Shown: positions 10,200-22,727 of the stretch, in pieces
Position numbering within the stretch: the stretch's first letter is position 1
Layout of the letters: every line of letters begins with the position of its first letter
Assembly: GCA_900617105.1 (NCBI GenBank)
Contig: UYFQ01000025.1
Location: forward strand, 1-44,300
DNA length: 44,300 nucleotides
Direction: 5' to 3'
Origin: Hydrurus foetidus
Lineage: Eukaryota
Program-made: the position numbers and the translations under genes
Notes under the pieces: generated by a model
Seen by the model: only the letters and a program-made list of their open reading frames with translations
What the model was told of the DNA's origin: nothing
Database searches by the model: none

Positions 10200-13100
10200 A
10201 TGCCTCCAAAACGTGTTCCCGAAGCAGTAAAGAGCGCAGAAGAGTGCATGCTTCTTTACGGGAAGCACAACAACGTAATCAAGTGGAAGGAACATATGCA
10301 GACGATTGTAACCGAGTTGTACGGTATCATCGGGATGTTCTTCACAACGAATGAAAGATACGAACTTCCAAGGACGTCAATGAGGGATTACCCAGTTGAC
10401 TCAGACGAAGAAAGTGAAAGCTCCGAATCAGAGGCGGAGGAGGAGGGGGTCGAAACACCGGCCTTACCACCGGCAATTATCGCAACGCTGGCCGCCGAGA
10501 AAGCAGAGCGAGCTGCGGCGAGAGAAGTGCGGAATGATAGAAAGCGGAAGGTCGCCGAGAGGGCGAGAATCAAATTTCGCGAGGACGACTACATCCAAAG
10601 GAAAAAGGACCTCAAGGCGCAAAAGGAGCACGAACGTACAGTCTATCCAATGATGTGGAGACGTATGTCTCCGGCGTCGCAGAGCAGAGTGAGAGAGGAG
10701 GAGGATTATGAGCAAGCGTACCTGACATTGGACTGTGTACTACTCTGGGCACTGATCAGGAAGACTCATCTTACACACATATTCGGGGACACAGACCCGA
10801 TGAACGACGTCAATATGCACGAACAAGAGAGTAAGTACAACTCGCTCAGACAAGGCGAGCGGGAGTTCATATCCACCTTCAAAGTGAGGTTCGACGAACA
10901 AGTGTCAGTAAACGACGGAGTTGGGATCACGCCGATAACGGAGTCGCGGAGAGCGCTTGACTTCATCATGAAGCTAGATCCAAAACGATACAAGAAAATG
11001 CATGACGAGATGAAGAATGACGCACTGAGGTGCGTGGTGGACGCCTACCCCAAGATCCTAGCGAGTGCCTACCGTGTGGCGTCACAGTGGACGGGTAGTG
11101 AGCACATCCCTTACGCCGGTGGAGCCGCGAAACCAGCGGCATTTGTGACGGACGGTGCACTTGTGACCGCTAAAGATCCTGAGAAGGTACCGGGTAAAAC
11201 CGGAGGTGCTAAGAAGAAGACTCCTCTAAATGACATTACGTGTCATGTCTGCGGTCTAAACGGGCACTACGCGAGGAATTGCAGTGAGAGGAAATCGTCT
11301 TCGGTGAAAGTTCATGTGACTACAACAGACTCAGACGACATCGACTCGGACGACTACGATGTAGCACTTGTCACTACTGTCGAAGCGTGCCTGTTCTCAA
11401 GATACGATGTGCTGCTCGATAACGAGGCATCACTTAATATCTTTAGCAATGGAGATCTACTTACCGGATTAAGGAAATCAGAGAGGATAATCAATGTTGG
11501 CGGGATTCAGCTAGGGGAAGGGGTCGCGGTCAACGAGGAGGGCGACTTTGGAGAGCTGGGTAGGGTGTTCTACAGCGCTGCGGCATCCGCTAATGTGCTG
11601 TCTTTTGCTTCTCAGGTCGACTCGGGTGCAGCAGTCAGATACGACCACGATGATGATTGTTTTACGTTACAGCCAAGAAACAGTACAAGCATCTACAGAT
11701 TCGGCAGGAAAGATATACCAGGCAGTGAGGGAAGATTCTACAGCTGTGATTGGAGAGAAGTTATGAAGGAATCAGCATTGGTAACCACGGTAGAGAGCAA
11801 CGCGAAGGCATTCACAAAACGAGAAATCGAGCAAGCACGGAAGGCAAGGCAACTGCTAGCACGAATGGGCTTTCCCACGGTCGCGCAGGCCATGGCGATC
11901 GTGAACTCCGGAAGCAACTTTGAAGTAACATCGCGAGACTTTCAGATAGCGGACGCGATATGGGGAGCTGACATCGCCTCCCTAAAAGGAAAGACTACCA
12001 AGAGAGCTACACCCGTAGCAGATATCACTGTCAACGCCAAGATCGTACAACAGGATCAGATCCTGGCGATAGATATCATGTTCATCGACAAGACAGCTAC
12101 GCTAATTGGCATGGCGACTCCTCTGGGGTTGACGATCGCATACAGTCTCAATCACCTTGATATCAATAAAGCAGTAAGAGCAGCGAACAATATCAAGAGA
12201 GGCATTGACCATTTCGTCACGACGCTAGCGTCACAAAATTTCAAGACCAAGATAATAATGAGCGATGGCGAGCGAGGAGTGAGTAGTCTAATACCTGAGC
12301 TTGAGGCGCTGGGGATCGAAGTGGACATTAGCGGAGCTGGAGGGCATGTCGCCAGAGTAGAACGGAGAATTCGTGTGATTAAGGAACGACTACGTTCTCA
12401 CGTAGCATATCATCTGCCATTCACTCTATCGAGTATTGGAATAGCGATGTGTATTCTGTATTGTGTATCTCGGCTCAACTACGAACCGTACGGAGTACGA
12501 GAATGGGGACCCAGTCCAAGAGAGGCTTTTGTCGGGCGTAAGGCTGACGGTAAAAAGGATTTCAGATGTTCTTTCGGAGACTATGCCCAGTGCACTGTAC
12601 CCAGCACAGACAGCACCATGAAGGGCAGGACTGAGGACTGCGTCGTGATGCTGCCACTGGGGAATCGAACCGGAACAGTACGAATGTTGTCACTAGTCAC
12701 GGGTAGATTAGTAAACAGAGACCAGTTTCGGGTACTGCCCATGCCACTATCGGTTATTCAAAGGATGAACGAGTTCGCTCTTAAAGACGGGAGAGTTAAA
12801 GGGAAGGGAGAGCTAGCCCAAAAGCCAACTACATACAGTATGCAGAGTGAAGTGGGGTACAGTCTACCTGATATCATAGAAACCAAGACAAGCAACGGAG
12901 TCGACCCATCATTCATACTTGGTGATCCAATCCGGACTTAGCAGAACCAGAAGAGATTGGGGGTGCTGACATCGCCGTTCCTGACAAAAGACATGTAGGG
13001 AATAGGGGTGAGGACGAAGGGAATGGGGGTGCGGAAGGTGTAGAGATGCAGATCAACAACACTGACTTCGCTGACGATGCGATCCCGCTATTCATTCCAC

Positions 13101-15014
13101 ATGGGAAACCGAAGGATGTAGACATGGATGACCTGATACACAGCTTCGGGGGACTAGGTTCAGGGAGATACGACGACGAAAAAGGTGGGATAGGCGAAGA
13201 ATACGATGCAACAACAGGTGCAGCGGTTAGCGGCGACGTCACCGACATACCGTATGAGGATGCGAGCGGAACTCAAGATACACAGAATATTAACCAACAG
13301 AGGCCAAATCGTCTGGACATCATGCAGATGTTTCGCAAAGGAGTAAACGGTGGAGCGCTACTGACTAGATTATATTTCGAGCCCGGCGCCGACTGGAATG
13401 AGCGAGTGTTGAATATCTCAGTCAACGAAGCATAACGTACTCGAGGAAAAGATGCGGAGATAGTTATCATGAAGGAGCTCGGGCAAATGCTGAAGAAGAA
13501 AGTGTGGACCCCTGTCGACACCAGGACGCTCTCATACGATGAGAAGAGAAGAATCATCAGATCTAGCATGTTTCTCAAAGAGAAATTTCTTGCTAGCGGA
13601 GAGTTTGAAAAGCTTAAAGCTCGGCTAATGGCGGGCGGGGATCAACAAGACAAGTCGCTCTACGACGACTTGTCTGCGCCTACGGTTGGAACGAGTTCTG
13701 TGTTCACTGTACTCAGCATCGCAGCTCATGAGAATAGGGTTGCATCCGTCATCGATATCGGGGGAGCATTCTTAAATGCGAATATGGATACGGGGCTACC
13801 TGTACACATGCGTCTGGACAAGAACATGTCTGGCATGATGTCCAAGTTGGCACCCGAGTACGAACAATATGCCGACGCGAAGGGGTGCGTGGTGGTGAGA
13901 TTAGATAAGGCGTTATATGGGTGTGTGGAGTCAGCAGCACTCTGGTATGAGAATTTGCGAGCGAGTTTCTCGGATTTGGGATACACACCGAACGAATATG
14001 ACATATGCGTCTTTAACAGACACAACAAGCGAGGCGTGCAATGCACTGTGGCGATCCACGTCGACGACTTGTTGATCACCAGTGCGTGTTCGCTCATGAT
14101 TGAGGACCTAGCAGAGGGTCTGAAAAAAAGATACGGTGAGATTACGAGAAAGGACGGACCGATTGTTAACTACTTGGGCATGGTGTTTGATCTGGCCACA
14201 CCAGGAAAAGCCAAAGTGACTATGACAGGATTCGTTGACGAGATGCTCAAGGAATGCGGAGTCACGGGGAAAGCCCGCACACCTGCGACAGAAGGTCTCT
14301 TTGATGTGCGAGTCAATATCGAGACTGTGACTGGACAGCAGAGAGTGATCTTTCACAGATGTGTCGCGAAGCTGTTGTACCTTGCAAAGAGGGCTAGGCC
14401 TGATTGCCTCACCGCCGTGTCTTTCCTGACGACAAGGGTGAATAGATGCACCACGGACGACCTAGTCAAGCTGCAGCGTCTGATGAGATACGTAAGTATG
14501 ACGAAACAGAGGGGGATTGTGTTCTCACCTGGGGAGACCGGTATCGAAGTAAGCGTGCTGATTGACGCTGCATACGGAGTGCATCCAGACGGAAAGTCCC
14601 ACACAGGGAGCTGTGTAGTGATCGGAGATGTTGGGGCAGTGCACTGCAAGTCAGCAAAACAACAGATCGTGACGAAATCAAGTACGGAGGCAGAGCTGGT
14701 GGCGCTCTCGGATTCAGCGAATCAGGCCCTACATATCAGGAACTTCGTGCTGGCGCAGGGTAACTCATGCGGGCCAGTCACCATCTATCAAGACAACATG
14801 TCCTGCATGGCGCTGATAGATCGAGGACGATCAGCGGCGCAGCGCACCAGACACATCGCAATCAGATACTTCTGGGTGAAGGAGCGTGTGGACGCAGGAG
14901 AAGCGAGAGTGATACACATGGGGACGAAGAAATTGTATGCGAACCTGCTGACCAAGCCACTCCAGGGAATCCAGTTTCAAGAGGAGAGAAAAGGGATCAC
15001 AGGGTGGAGCGATA
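10200..15014 (+). pseudogene. gag-pol: Element C Gag-Pol polyprotein (one frameshift ~12930, nonsense TAA 13433-13435, last codons displaced to 23175-23192)
   Basis: CCHC knuckle CHVCGLNGHYARNC; PR LLDNEAS; IN D-D-E; RT HVDDL; RNaseH DAAYGVH. B reads EALRTRG where C reads EA*RTRG. Confidence 0.92.
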
Positions 15015-15638
15015 CCAGTGCCGGTAATAACGCGGTTTCGGTAAAAACGCGGTTATTCGACCCGGCAGGTCCGATATCTCTCCAAATTCTTCATGAAAAA
15101 GTTTTTGTCAAACATTCTCACAGGTAATTCGATAGTTTTACATCCTTTTCGATTATTAAAATTTTCTGAAATTGATGATTTCATCACGAGATCGACATTA
15201 GTCACTTTTGGCGATTCACCAATGTCGGATATAGATGAAGCAAGAGTATGAGTTAGGTATTCTATCTTGTAGGCAGTAGTCAGATTAGTATGGATCCGCG
15301 AGGGTTTCGTACAAATCGCGTTAGTCACTGAGATGCATCCGTTTCAGAGACCAAAAATGTGCCTTTTTCGTCGAAATATTGGGAAATCGCATCCCGAATA
15401 CGTTATAAAGGCACATTTTTGGTCTCTGAAACGGATGCATCTCAGTGACTATCGCGATTTGTACGAAACCCTCGCGGATCCATACTAATCTGACTGCTGC
15501 CTACAAGATAGAATATCTAACTCATACTCTTGCTTCATCTATATCCGACATTGGTGAATCGCCAAAAGTGACTAATTTCGATCTCGTGATGAAATCATCA
15601 ATTTCAGAAAATTTTAATAATCAAAAAGGATGTAAAAC

Positions 15639-15855
15639 TGTGACCCGCACACCCGTACGGGCTGTACGGGTACAGCCGTACGTTCGGATCGGATCGAGGA
15701 CGATCCTATCCATCCGATTCATTGCCATGATACCTGCTGTGCTTATCTGTAAGCTAACCACATTGTTTCCATAGCAATAGCTCTCCCAGCTTCCTTTCCC
15801 TTGCTCCCGCTCCCAGCTGACCCGCTCCCAGTGCCCAGATCCTGGCAAGGCCACA
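15639..15855 (+). repeat. 5' LTR of Gypsy D
   Basis: TGTGACC...GGCCACA, direct repeat of 22744-22960. Confidence 0.96.
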
Positions 15856-16407
15856 ATACCGGTATTTGGAACCAGCTAGTGATCTCTAAGATCCAAGTTG
15901 ACCAAACGTCCCAACAAAAAAATCCCGCAACGACCGTAAAACAGTCTGAGCAACAAGTTGAGTAACTCTCCAAGAGTGAAAACCACCCCAAACGATACTA
16001 CAAAGGTCTCGTCAACGCGACAGCCTCTGAATCGTAGTCGTTCGCGACCTCAAATATTGGCGATTTATTCCCAAAATATCGTGCAGCTCTTCTACGCGAA
16101 GGCTTACGAAGGAAAGGAACTTGCAAGCAAGTAACACCTCCCAAACTCGTTCACGAACGAAATCCAACGCGCCCACGCCCAGCTTCGTTCCTTACGAAGC
16201 CGCCGCCCACGTCCAAATTTTGTTGCGATTTCCTCCCGAAATCGCACCAAACCATTCCAATCCCCCTGACTTCTACTACCACATCCTTAACCTACTAGTC
16301 CTCACCCTCGAACAACCTACTCCTCTTTTCCCTACATCACCGCGTCCGAGTTCCGTCGCTGTCCAAGACGCAGAGTTCCAGTGAAATTCCCACGCCAAGT
16401 TTTCAAG

Positions 16408-19400
16408 ATGGTTAAGGCCCAAAAACCAAAGAAAGAGAGCTCTAGCGAAGCTAGCTCGTCTTCCAAACGCTCCAAACCCCAAAATATCCTCTTCCTATCG
16501 GATAAAGAGAAGGCTAAACTCGAGCGTCTCGCTCGGAAGACAATATAGCCAACTCCATGAAGACGCTGGGCAAATCGGCTATCAAAGCCTCGAGCACCCA
16601 TACGCGCATATCCGACGAATTGGCGGCAAACGAAGCACGCTTCCTGCAGCTACAACAAGAACGTGAACGCAATCGCGTGCGACTTGAAGTGCTGCAGGAA
16701 CAGGCTGACAACAGATCTGATCTCGAAGATCAAGAACTGAAAGACTTGTCAGCCTGGATGCAAGAGACAAATGACTTACACAGTCTAAACCCTCAGTCAG
16801 ATGAGGATGGCTCTCCAATCCGACCCCAAACCGAAGAAGAAGAGGATATCAATCCTTCTCAAACGGAAGAGGGCGACGACAAAATCGGTACCAAAATATC
16901 TCCGAAGGAAATTCTCTCCGACGATGATAACGTCTCGGTGTCTGACAACGCCTCGGAAGAGGCGGAAGACGAACAAACCAACGACGAGGAAGAAGAGGAA
17001 GACAACAACCCCGACGATACCAAGTCTAAATCGGACGAGGAAGATCAAAGTGAGTCGGAGGCGTCAACCCCACCGTCACCAAAACCGAAAAAGAAAAAGG
17101 CTATGCCAATCAAACCCCTTGCCAAAACAAGGGAGGCAAAACCACTCTCTGCCGTCCAATCTGAAGACAAACCCACGCGTGCCACCAGATCCAAAACGTC
17201 CAAAGCAACGGTAGCAGCTGCAAAGAAGTCAGCGACAGCTTCCACGAAAGCGGCTGCCACTTCAAACCGCAAGCGCAAAACCGAAGAGGCTGACACAGTC
17301 TTCGAACAACAACGAACACCCCAAGCACTCACAACCTCCCTCATCAACATGAAGGAAGTGTTCTATGTAACACGTGAGACATTACTGAAGGACATGGACG
17401 GCACAGCCCGAAAGTTCTATACACAGGCGCACCGCCCTCAGTTTAATGCACCTTGGAAGGATCTCATCGAAGACGAAGCTGTCCATGTGATCCGAGACAG
17501 TCTCCTTCAAAATCGAAAGACTCTCGGATACACAATCAAAATGTGTCAAACCTGGCCCATCATCGACGACAAACTCCTGTCCATTCGCGACATGGCCACC
17601 GATCTCAAGAAACTCTTCTTCAGTGATCGCGCCACAGAGTCTACCTATGACTTGGACCTTGCCCTGAAAAACTGGCAAATGAAGATCAAATGGCAAAACC
17701 CAAACGTAGAGTTGGCGGCAATTGCACGACTCCGAGACATCCTCTTCGGATACTACGGCAGCTACGACAATATACCTGCAGACCGCCAACATGAGATCTG
17801 TAAGATCATCTACAAAAAGCTCCCTCTTGATAATAAGTTCACTGAAAACTTCATGAACATTACAAAGGACAAAACAAGAAACAACAAAAAGGATTCCATC
17901 CCAAACATGTTGTGCCGAATGAATCTCTGCCTCAGTGAAGCTCGGCAAACAGTTATCAACGCGTCCAACATGGGTGGTCTTCGTTACGACTTCGAGACCA
18001 AAATCACCCCCGACACATTGTCGTCCAGCAACACCACGCAGCTCTCCGCCTCCTACCGCACGATACCCAAACGCGAATCCGACGCCTACCCAGGTCTGAG
18101 CAAAACAATCGATAATTGCCACACCTGCGGTCGCCAAGGACACAATCGCTACGATTGTCGCAATTTCATGAATCCTCATTGCAACAACTCGTGCTGCACG
18201 TGGAGTCAATCCACGTTGGCCACAGAGTTCAGGAGAATTGGCCACGACCATTTCGTCCCAAACGTCCTACTCAATGGCGAAATGACCAGGACAACCAACA
18301 ATCCTGGCGCGGCAACATACGTCTACCCAACAGACGACGTCGAAAACGACATGGGTCCCGCTGCAAAAGACGACCCTCGCAAGTCCAACAACAACAACAA
18401 CAGCAGCAACAACAAGGCCAAAGCCAACAACAACAACAACAACAACAACGCAACAACGACCGGTCCAACCGCGACAACGACCGCAAAGACAATCGCGACA
18501 CCGATCGCAACGAAAACCGCGATACTCGCGACATCAAAGACCGCGGGTACAAAGGAAAACGTGAGTCCAAAATTCCGTATGCGGAAAATATCTCAGAAAA
18601 TCGTATTTTGCCAAACATGCAAATGCTTTTATCAACAATCATACCTAACGAGATTGATGATTACTTACAAGTAAAAATATATCTTCCTCAGACCCAATCC
18701 CCGGCTACCGCTTTGGCGACCGAGTTGACAGCCGCGACCGCGACTCCAACCGCAAAGACGACTCGCGCCAAGCGGAAAAGGACAAAGACAAAGATCGCCG
18801 CGATCGAGACCGGTCCCCACCCAAATCCTCCTCCAGCTATGGACCCAAATGACGGCATGGCCGCCTTAGCCCAAATCGACACCGGATGTCAGGTTGGGGA
18901 CGTAATCAATCGTAGAGTCCTTCGGGGCCTACGTGGTGAACCCCAACTCCGCACCACCGACTCTCCCATATGGATGTGTTCGGGTCTAAATAATCAATGT
19001 ATTGAATCCACTGCTGTGCTTGATATTGTTGTATCATTTAACAAAAACGGTTTAAAATACACTTTTTCTCTTCCGGTGCGAATTGCAGAAGATTCCAAAG
19101 TCGACTTAATCTTAGGATTGGAGACTATAAAAACTAAATTTGGTTAAAATCATTCCGGAATTCTTCCAATCTCCGGAAAATATCCAAAATGAAAAAACAC
19201 TCATTACAAAAACTGAATCAATCCACAAACATGGTATTAAACCACGTGGACGTTCCACTCATGCTAGAAGCAGAGTCGGACACAGTTACGAGTATTACAA
19301 TTCCAACCTTACCTCCGGTTATAACTAGCCTGGAGGGGATAAAACCCTCAGACACAGACAGTCGATGGCAAGACGACCTGGTGGCTCGAGGTGCTTGTAC

Positions 19401-22400
19401 AAGCAAGACATGCACTCCTTCATGTGGGTGTCCCACTAGCTTAGCTGCGGCAGCGGCTAGGCTAGATTCTGATGAGTTCATTTTGCACTCTACGGTCGAG
19501 GCAGCAGTTTTGTTGTCACCTCCCCGACAAAATGATTTAGGTGTAACAACCGACAGGAGTCCGGAATTAGCTACTCCTACTCCCTCATCCAAGGCACCAG
19601 CCCAAACACGTGGTTTAGTTGCTGCTCTACTCCGGGAGCGTGAAGAACTCCCAGAGGTTCAACCCTTCGGACCCGAAGAGATTGACTACAAGTCGAAGGA
19701 TACCTTCGCTCCTTTCCAAGACAATCCAACAGAGGACAAAATGTACCTCATCGATCTCATACAAATCGATGGTACCCCTGAACAACAAGCAAAAATTAGA
19801 GCAATTTGTGTCAAACACATAAAGCTATTCAACAACAAACTCGGACCAGAGCCCGCGCGAATTCCCCCCTTTGGACTACCCGTACGGGATCCAGAGTGGA
19901 AAGTTTTCAAAAACCGCGTAGCACCACGACCAACGTCTACACGAAAACAAGTCGAAATCCGAAAACAAGTTGAAACTATGCTTGAACAGGGTATAATAGT
20001 CAAATCAGAGGCATCATACTATTCGCAAGTAACACTCGCGGCAAAGCCAGACGGTTCATACCGATTCTGTATTGACTATCGTCACCTCAACGACGCAACG
20101 GAATCAGCAAGCTGGCCAATCCCTAATATTAAACAAATGTTAGCAAGATTAGGTTCACAAAAAGCAGACACATTCGGTGTAATAGACCTCACAGCAGGAT
20201 ATCACCAAGCACCGTTAACTCTAAGTACACGTGTGTATACAGCTTTCATAACATTTATGGGCATCTACCACTTTACCCGACTACCTTTCGGACCCAAAAG
20301 AGCCCCCTCATATTTCCAAGAAATGATGGCCTCAATAGTCCTTTTAGGACTAATATACCAAATCTGTGAAGTATACCTCGACGACATCATCGTTTATGGT
20401 AATGGATTTGATCAATTCTGCGAGCGATTAGAAATCTTTTTCAACGCCTAGAAAACAAAAACATTTCACTAAAAGCCGCAAAGCTAAAGCTAAATGTGCG
20501 AATAGTTGAATATGTCGGTAGACAAATATCTAAAGAAGGTATAACTATGAGTTCAAAAAAATAAGAGGTGTGACCGACTTTCCTATGCCACGAAAGACGA
20601 CTGAACTTAGATCGTTCCTCGGACTCACCAATTATTTTCGGGATCATGTACCAAATCACTCCAACGTGGTAGCACCACTGCACAAAATTATAGATCACGC
20701 CGCGAAAAAGCAATCAATGCTAATCTGGACAGATGACGCCGCAAATTCTTTTCAAAAGATAAAAGATCTAATTGCAAAGAGTCCTTTATTATATTTCATA
20801 CACGATACAGCGCCCATTACCCTCATGACCGATGCGTCAGATTACGGGATCGGCGGCTATTTGTATCAAGAAGTCGACGGAGAAAACAACTCGTCGCTCT
20901 CGTAAGCAAGTCTCTTACCAAGACTCAACTGAAATGGTCAGTAATACAAAAAGAAGCCTTCGCGCTATATTATTGCTGTACTTATCTCGACGCACTGCTG
21001 CGAGACCGTAAATTCACAATCCTAACAGACCACAAAAATCTTACGTTCCTAGAAAAGGATAAAAACGAGATGGTCGGCAGATGGCGTATGGCCCTGCAGG
21101 AACTAGAATATACGATAGGGTACATCCCGGGAAAACAAAATGAAATTGCTGACGCAATGTCTCGCCTATGTAAAAACAGAATGCCTCCTAAAACAGGAAT
21201 AATAGCAGCAATTCTGACACACAAACCAATAACGACAGAGCAATATAACCTAATTGCAACGTGCCACAACACAATAGTCGGACATGGTGGTGTACAACGC
21301 ACACTGCGTAATTTAAAGAAAACAAATAACATATGGCTGGGAATGCGTGACGCAGTAAAAACATTCATTAAAAATTGTCCGTGTTGCCAAAGATGTCGGC
21401 AATGAAATATCCCATCAACGCATACCGGTACACAACCTCAACCTACAAACCAATGGAATGCCTTAACATAGACTTCATTGGTCCATTTCCCGATAAAGGA
21501 TATATCCTTGTTATGATCGACACCTTCTCAAGGTTTGTCGAACTCTACGCAACACCTGATGCAACAGCCAAATCAGCGTGCACAGCACTTGTAGAACACG
21601 TGGGACGCTACGGCTCACCATGTATACTTCGATCAGATAATGGACCCCACTTCGCAAGCCACATCATAGATGAGTTTGTGAAGATTGTTGGAACAACACA
21701 CAACAAAATATTACCATACTGTTCAGAAGAAAACGCTATCGTCGAGCGAATCAACAAAGAAATCAATCGCCATATAACCGCGTACGCATACGAACGGGCA
21801 ACTACGGAAAACTACGCGGAAATATTACCGTTTGTACAAAGAATACTAAATTCAACCGTAAATGACCGGATGAAAGTGTCTCCAGCACAACTCATCTATG
21901 GCAACGCGATCGACCTCGACGCAAACATCCTCCTTCCGAGAGATGAAATTGATTTAGATTTCGACTCACTCACACGGTCAACTGATAAAATGTTAACGTT
22001 GCAAGATGAACTCATCGAAATCACCGCACGTCTACTCAAAGAATCCGACGACTTGCACAATGCACAACAACCTCCCAACGTCACACAGTTCGGAGTCGAC
22101 ACATTTGTACTTGTCCAACAAAGAACATCACCAGAAACGCGCATGCACACACTGTGGCGCGGCCCAATGCGAGTTGTCAGCCATAACTTCGCAGAGTATA
22201 CATTACTCGATCTGGTAACACACAAAGAAAAGTTGTACCACATGACCCAACTAAAACCGTTTCACTTTGATCCTACGCATGTCGATCCAACTGACATTGC
22301 TCGTAGAGATTATCTAGAATTCTTCATAGAGGAAATCCTAGAAATGAAAGGAAACATAAGAGCATACAAATCACTCACATTTCATGTGAAATGGCTCAAC

Positions 22401-22529
22401 TACACCCATGAACACAATACATGGGAACCGTGGACACACATGCGTAAAGCGCAAAAAGTACATGAGTTCTTAATCAAAAAGAACCTCAAACACTTAATAC
22501 CACGCGAATTCATCGCAAACTACCGTTAA
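16408..22529 (+). pseudogene. gag-pol: Gypsy D Gag-Pol (fragmented by single-base indels)
   Basis: ATG 16408 (MVKAQKPKK, homologous to E's MTRAQIKKK); CHTCGRQGHNRYDC; PR QIDTGC; RT YLDD; RH TDASDYGIG; IN HHCC plus DDE; WRGPM; chromodomain FFIEEIL...VKWLNY...NTWEP. Confidence 0.93.
18386..18470 (+). repeat. (AAC)n low-complexity tract in D gag (poly-Asn)
   Basis: Visible CAA/AAC triplet run; the frame switch between ORFs 16557-18674 and 18116-19147 lies here. Confidence 0.85.
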
Positions 22530-22727
22530 CCGGTAAAACAAAAAAAAAAATAAAAATTGATTAACTAAATCATAAAGATTCCTCCTAAATTGGATCCTCA
22601 GGGATTTTAAGGAGGTTTATTCAGTAAGGAACTTTCAGTTCTTAGTCTGAAATAGTTATTCAATAAGTTAGTTAGTTATTCATAGTTAGTATTTTGATGA
22701 TGAATTTTGTCATTAGTACACCCCTTT

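Noticed and set aside
13433..13435. Programmed stop read-through in C pol
   Set aside because: Paralogous B has Leu here; a simple nonsense change explains it.
15015..15127. Novel C-terminal extension of C RNaseH
   Set aside because: Read-through into the foldback TIR; the real end is at 23175-23192.
15053..15774. Twin near-identical ORFs on opposite strands
   Set aside because: Mirror products of the palindrome with non-ATG starts and no protein features.
15867..15885. Canonical tRNA PBS beginning TGG in D/E
   Set aside because: 11 nt from the LTR and the following bases differ between D and E.
17382..18251. 289-aa antisense ORF in D gag
   Set aside because: Codon-bias shadow of gag; the equivalent region in E is broken into shorter ORFs.
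18271..18642. Poly-Cys (metallothionein-like) antisense ORF and poly-Gln frame
   Set aside because: Alternative readings of the AAC repeat in gag.
18440..19200. Programmed gag/pol frameshift in D
   Set aside because: E carries the knuckle and protease in one frame, and the breakpoints are not shared between D and E.
22600..22660. Hammerhead ribozyme in the Gypsy 3' UTR
   Set aside because: No intact CUGANGA plus GAAA core found by eye on either strand in D or E.
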